Assembly (NCBI RefSeq): GCF_006345805.1 | Contig: NW_021836513.1 | Coordinates: 1 to 24,009, forward strand | Direction of reading: 5' to 3' | DNA: 24,009 nt | Source: Octopus sinensis | Lineage: Eukaryota | Part shown: positions 19,834 through 24,009 of the stretch, one piece after another | How positions within the stretch are numbered: position 1 is the stretch's first letter | Layout of the letters: every line of letters starts with the position of its first letter | Notes under the pieces: model-generated | Seen by the model: the letters and a program-made list of their open reading frames with translations, nothing else | Told to the model about the DNA's origin: nothing | Databases searched by the model: none | Made by a program: the position numbers and the translations under genes

Positions 19834-20062
19834 TACATTAGAGATAAAACCACCAAATCAAACAATGAAAAACATAAGCCAATACATAAAATTAATTAAT
19901 TTATATTATTTTAAATATATATCAAAAGTATTAAAAGTTTAATAAAAGATATTGAGTAAAACACTACGATCGTTTCATGGCTGTCCAATTCGTAATAATT
20001 CTAGTTATGGTTACAGTCAATCTTCAGGTAATTGAAATATTTATCTTAGCGAGGTTTAACAA
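19834..20062 (-). mobile_element. short hammerhead-carrying element (Penelope-like solo pseudo-LTR) flanked by (TA)n
   Basis: A ~230-bp AT-rich island between two (TA)n tracts, containing the motif at 19946-20047. Confidence 0.6.
19946..20047 (-). ncRNA. type I hammerhead ribozyme motif with intact core
   Basis: The minus strand reads TAC-CTGAAGA (20027-20021)-T-TGACTGT...ACAGCCA-T-GAAAC-GATC-GTA (19976-19965)-GTG. Distal stem I is AAGATA/TATCTT. The stem II proximal pair is T-T. Confidence 0.7.
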
Positions 20063-20536
20063 TATATATATATATATATATATAGGGATGCATAGATATA
20101 AAAGTAAAATATGTAATTGTGAATACACTCACGCATGTACATACATAAATAAATATATATACACACACATGAAGTATTCAATGTTTCTATTGAAGCTACA
20201 GAACAAAACATTGGGAACTTGCGAATAAAAGAAGCCGTCTAATTAACAAGACCAACCCACGTAGCTGATTGGCTATTACAGCAACGGTATATTGTGCACG
20301 CAAATCAGTCTTTTATATACACAAACTATAGAACAGGGAAGTCAAGTCACAATAAGACCCCTCCTGGGAAGTCTGCTACAGAGACATTGAGTATGCTTTG
20401 ACAAGCTTATGGTGATGAGGCAATGGGTCGCAATGTTTTGAGTAATACAGGCGCTTCAAAAGCGGAAGAACGTTCCTGAAAGTTTTTCCGTGTTTAGCAT
20501 GTATGTACATATGTGCACAGGTAGATATCTGTATGC

Positions 20537-20584
<48 letters not shown>

Positions 20585-21013
20585 TGAGTTCGTATCTAAT
20601 GACAGAAGAAAAACCAAACCATGGCATCTGAAGACATTCCAAGAATCTACAAATTCTGAAACGTGACAAGAAAGAAAGAATGAAAGAAGCAGGAAGTTAA
20701 GAGAAGAAGAAATTAAACGCCAAAATAGCGAACCACAAACACAAATACCCTCCCCCCCCCACACAAAAAAGACTAACAATACAAACTGTTCGCCGAAGAA
20801 AAACAGCACAAATGCGGTTAATGAGTGCAACCGATTATTTTTCAAAATTTATTGTTCATGTTTATGTTGTTGTTTTTTTGTTATTATTGTTGGCAATTGA
20901 TTTTTGTTTTAATGTTTTTTTAATAAACAATAATTATAAAAGATGATGATGATGATGATGATGATGAAGAAGAGGATGAGAATGATGAGGATAATAATAA
21001 GGATGATAATGAC

Positions 21014-21246
21014 AATCCTTTCTACTATAAGAACAAGGCCTGAAATTTTGGGGGAGGGGAGGGGAGGGCAGTCGATTAGATCGACTCGAGTATGCATCTG
21101 GTACTTAATTTATCGACCCCCCACCCATCCCCGAAAGAATGTGAGGCAAAGTCGACCTCAACGGAATTTGAACTCAGAACGTAAGACGGACTAAATACCG
21201 CTGAGCATTTACTCCAGCGTGCTAGCGATTCTGCCAGGCCGCCACC
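21014..21246 (-). mobile_element. SINE family B with an alternative 3' tail and a (CAT/TAT)n end
   Basis: The head and central domain match family B. After ATCGACT the minus strand continues CCCTCCCCCAAAATTTCAGGCCTTGT...TAGTAGAAAGGATT instead of the TAATCCCTTTG... tail. Confidence 0.8.
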
Positions 21247-21308
21247 TAACAACAACAACAACAACAATACTACTACTACTACTACTAATAATAATAATAA
21301 TAATAATA

Positions 21309-21539
21309 TATTTCTTTATTACCCACAAGGGGCTAAATATAGAGGGGACAAACAAGGACAGACAAAGGGATTAAGTCGATCATATCGACCCCAGTGCGAA
21401 ACTGGTACTTTATTTATCGACCCCGAAAGGATGAAAGGCAAAATCGACCTCGGCGGAATTTGAACTCAGAACGTAACGGCAGATGAAATACTGCTAAGTA
21501 TTTCGCCCGGCGCGCTAACGTTTCTGCCAGCTCGCCGCC
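21309..21539 (-). mobile_element. full-length SINE family B
   Basis: Reverse complement of 15699-15929 with few differences. Confidence 0.9.
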
Positions 21540-21540
21540 T

Positions 21541-22050
21541 AAGCTAATAAACCGGTTATTATTCTAAAAGATCAGACAAAAAGGACGTGTTTATTAATAT
21601 ATTATATAACGGTGTTTATTAATTGACATGAGTATTCCTTGCGATCACAATATAGCGGCGAAAGAATTTGACAAGATCAGTAAATATAACGACTTGCTAA
21701 TAGAAATTGAAAAAATGTGGCGACTACAGTACCAGTGATTGTAGGATCTCTAGGAATGGTAAAAAAAAAGGTACTGAAACCTATTTGAAAATGATACCAG
21801 GCTTACCATCCCAACAGGAAGTGCAAAAAATCGTGTTAACTGGAACGGCTCATGTACTGAGAAGAGCATTATCGCTGTGAAAACACCATCCATTTATGAA
21901 TATATTAATTTATTTAAATACATATTTTACCTGTGAATTTGCGTGTGTAATCTGGAAATGCATACAATGAGTTTCTCTGTCCTAGGTGTACGGAAAAACA
22001 CTCGGCAAGAAACGGAAGAAAATTTGAAGAAAGAAGGAATAATAATAATA

Positions 22051-22094
<44 letters not shown>

Positions 22095-22095
22095 T
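21541..22095 (+). mobile_element. 5'-truncated R4/Dong-clade non-LTR retrotransposon (restriction-like endonuclease remnant, 3' UTR, (TAA)n tail)
   Basis: ANKPVIILKDQTKRTCLLI / CLLIDMSIPCDHNIAAKEFDKISKYNDLLIEIEKMWRL / TVPVIVGSLGMVKK / GTETYLKMIPGLPSQQEVQKIVLTGTAHVLRRALSL* (TGA 21878-21880), followed by (AAT)n from 22037. Confidence 0.85.
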
Positions 22096-22105
22096 AATTG
22101 TATAA

Positions 22106-22186
22106 TTGTCTAAGACTATTTGTTTGAGGAGTGAAAGGAGAACGCTTGCCGAGTATTTGATAAATAGTAACGAAGATCTGCTGCAA
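22106..22186 (+). mobile_element. possible further R4/Dong ORF fragment (post-RT region)
   Basis: LSKTICLRSERRTLAEYLINSNEDLLQ resembles, from memory, the segment after the GGRGL motif of R4/Dong ORFs. It starts directly after a (TAA)n tract. Confidence 0.35.
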
Positions 22187-22432
22187 GATACCGGGACCCA
22201 TATTATTATTGATAATTTTAAATGCTGTAGGTAGAACGATGGTGGTAAAGATAATCTCTGTGGTTATGGAGGGACACAGGTTTATATGTTTATGTACATA
22301 CAAGGAAAGGAAAAAGGTCAATAAATACTGGCCATTACATTTTTAATCAACCAAATATGAACCATTTTGTTGCACAATGCATCTCCGTCTTTGCTGTAAC
22401 TTGAAAATACCCTCTTCCCAGAATTGAGGCGA

Positions 22433-22632
22433 TTGTTTCAATCATGTGCTGGAGCACCGCCTTCGGTCGAGCAAGTCGACTCCAGGACTTATTCTTTGTA
22501 AGCCTAGTACCTATTCTATTGGTCTCTTTTGCTGAACCACTAAGTGATGGGGACGTAAACACACCAACATCGGTTGTCAAGCGATGGTGAGGGGACAAAC
22601 ACAGACACACAAACATTTACACATACATACAT

Positions 22633-22663
<31 letters not shown>

Positions 22664-22666
22664 CAT

Positions 22667-22715
<49 letters not shown>

Positions 22716-22873
22716 TACAACGGGCTTCTTCCAGTTTCCGCCTACCTAATCCACTCACAAGGCTTTGGTCGGCCTGAGGCTATAGTAGAAAACACTTGCC
22801 CACGCAGTGGGACTGAACCCGGAACCATGTGGTTGATAAGCAAGCTACTTACCACACAGTCACCCCTACACCT
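22433..22873 (-). mobile_element. near-complete SINE family A with an internal TA/TG microsatellite
   Basis: Reverse complement of 9505-9940 and 5029-5359, including head, internal microsatellite and tail. Confidence 0.88.
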
Positions 22874-22899
22874 CTGTATGTACACAAACATATATCCCT

Positions 22900-23765
22900 G
22901 AGACAACTCATCAGTGGCTGAGAAACTCAAGACTGAAAGCAAAGACTACAGGTTTCATATTAGTGGTACAAGACCAAAGCTTGCTTACCAAAAACTACCA
23001 GGCTAGTGTTCTTCAAAACGGTTCTGACCCTAAATGTAGATTCTGCGATGCATTTGGTGAAACGATAGACTACCTCGTCTCGGAACGTCCTGTGCTGACA
23101 TCAAACGAATGCAACAATCGCCACAATCAGGTAGGAGAGTATTTACATTGAAAACCAGGTAAACGCTACAAAATCAACACTCCTGCTTACTAGTATGAAC
23201 ATCATCCTGAGCCAGTCGTTGAAGGTAATAATGTCACTATCGTCTGGGATTTTCCAGTCAACATCGACAGGCTAATCGACCAGACATAGTCATTAAAGAC
23301 ATGGAAGAAAATACTTGTAGATAAATTGATATAAGTGTTCCCACTGATAAAAATATATCTGTAAAGGAATTTGAAAAATTAAATAAATATAACGACCTGG
23401 AAATTGAAATACAAAAGACGTGGCATCTTAAAGCGAGAACTGTTCCTGTTACTGTGGTTGCGCTAGGTATGATGAGAAAGAGATGTCAAAAACATCTAGA
23501 TGATATCCCAGGATAACCATGTCTCAGAGAAATCCAAGAGATTGTGTTAACAAGTATTGCACATACCCTTAGAAAAAACCTTATCAATTTAAATGTCTGT
23601 GTTGTATTAGATGCAGATATTTCGCTACTGCCCCTGCCATTTCCCCGCCCCAAGCTTCTATTTCAGTCATACTGTAACATCTCTTAACCTTCACTCGCCC
23701 TAGGACGTTGGGTGTGTTTCGGCAAGTGATTGTAACAATCATGCAAATTAGAAATAAATAAATAA

Positions 23766-23817
<52 letters not shown>

Positions 23818-23820
23818 TAA
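22900..23820 (+). mobile_element. 5'-truncated R4/Dong-clade LINE (decayed CCHC knuckle plus PD-(D/E)xK endonuclease, 3' UTR, (TAA)n tail)
   Basis: THQWLRNSRLKAKTTGFILVVQDQSLLTKNY...DPKCRFCDAFGETIDYLVSERP...RHNQVGEYLH*...YEHHPEPVVEGNNVTIVWDFPVNIDR / ANRPDIVIKD...IDISVPTDKNISVKEFEKLNKYNDLEIEIQKTWHLK..VPVTVVALGMMRK...LREIQEIVLTSIAHTLRK. Multiple stops; ends at TAA 23590-23592; (TAA)n at 23767-23820. Confidence 0.92.
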
Positions 23821-23975
23821 GGGTGGCGCACTTGCAGAAAACAGCACTGCTTGGAACCGCTCGAATACTCCTGAAGGTACTCGAAAAATAAGATGTGTTA
23901 CCTTAGTTCATCGGTAGTGAACAGCTGTCACCTTAGTACACCTCCAGCGTTAGAAGCTGTGCAAAGACAGTAATG

Positions 23976-24009
<34 letters not shown>
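23821..24009 (+). mobile_element. short 3' end of a different R4/Dong subfamily inserted in the preceding (TAA)n tail
   Basis: VAHLQKTALLGTARILLKVLEK* (TAA 23889-23891), an ~80-nt 3' UTR and (TAA)n from 23971. Confidence 0.8.

Noticed and set aside
20628-20665. CTGAAGA...GAAACGTG as an eighth hammerhead
   Set aside because: No closing stem II or stem I, and the cleavage-site base would be G.
22000-22154. 10-bp inverted repeat ACTCGGCAAG / CTTGCCGAGT across the (TAA)n tail
   Set aside because: Short enough to be chance, and each half has a separate explanation.
22963-23151. 62-aa ORF as a standalone gene
   Set aside because: It is a piece of the decayed R4/Dong ORF.

Overview
This is eukaryotic, AT-rich, microsatellite-saturated genomic DNA. 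The repeat landscape (several tRNA-derived SINE families, R4/Dong LINE remnants, Penelope-like remnants, long TA/CA/ATT/CAT tracts) suggests an octopus or other coleoid cephalopod; that is an inference. Only one host coding exon is recognisable: the terminal exon of an UNC93A-like MFS membrane protein (+, 14969-15198). The first ~15 kb is therefore probably its last intron. Almost all ORFs in the supplied track are microsatellite artefacts. The most interesting signal is a set of seven type I hammerhead-ribozyme-like motifs (10045, 13264, 13569, 13826, 17803, 17873, 19946). They mostly sit in ~170-250 bp units within (TA)n tracts, near a decayed Penelope-type GIY-YIG endonuclease remnant (12097-12453). 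All have self-complementary or near-palindromic stem III sequences, two have very long stem II inserts, one has a G3:C8 core swap, and four lie sense-oriented in the presumed UNC93A intron. Also present: stacked R4/Dong 3' ends in (TAA)n with a covarying 3' stem-loop, SINE insertions with clean 13- and 17-bp target-site duplications, module-swapped SINEs, a perfect 38-bp hairpin and a 219-bp tandem duplication. SINE family labels A-E are my own working labels, not database names, and all alignments and folds were done by eye.
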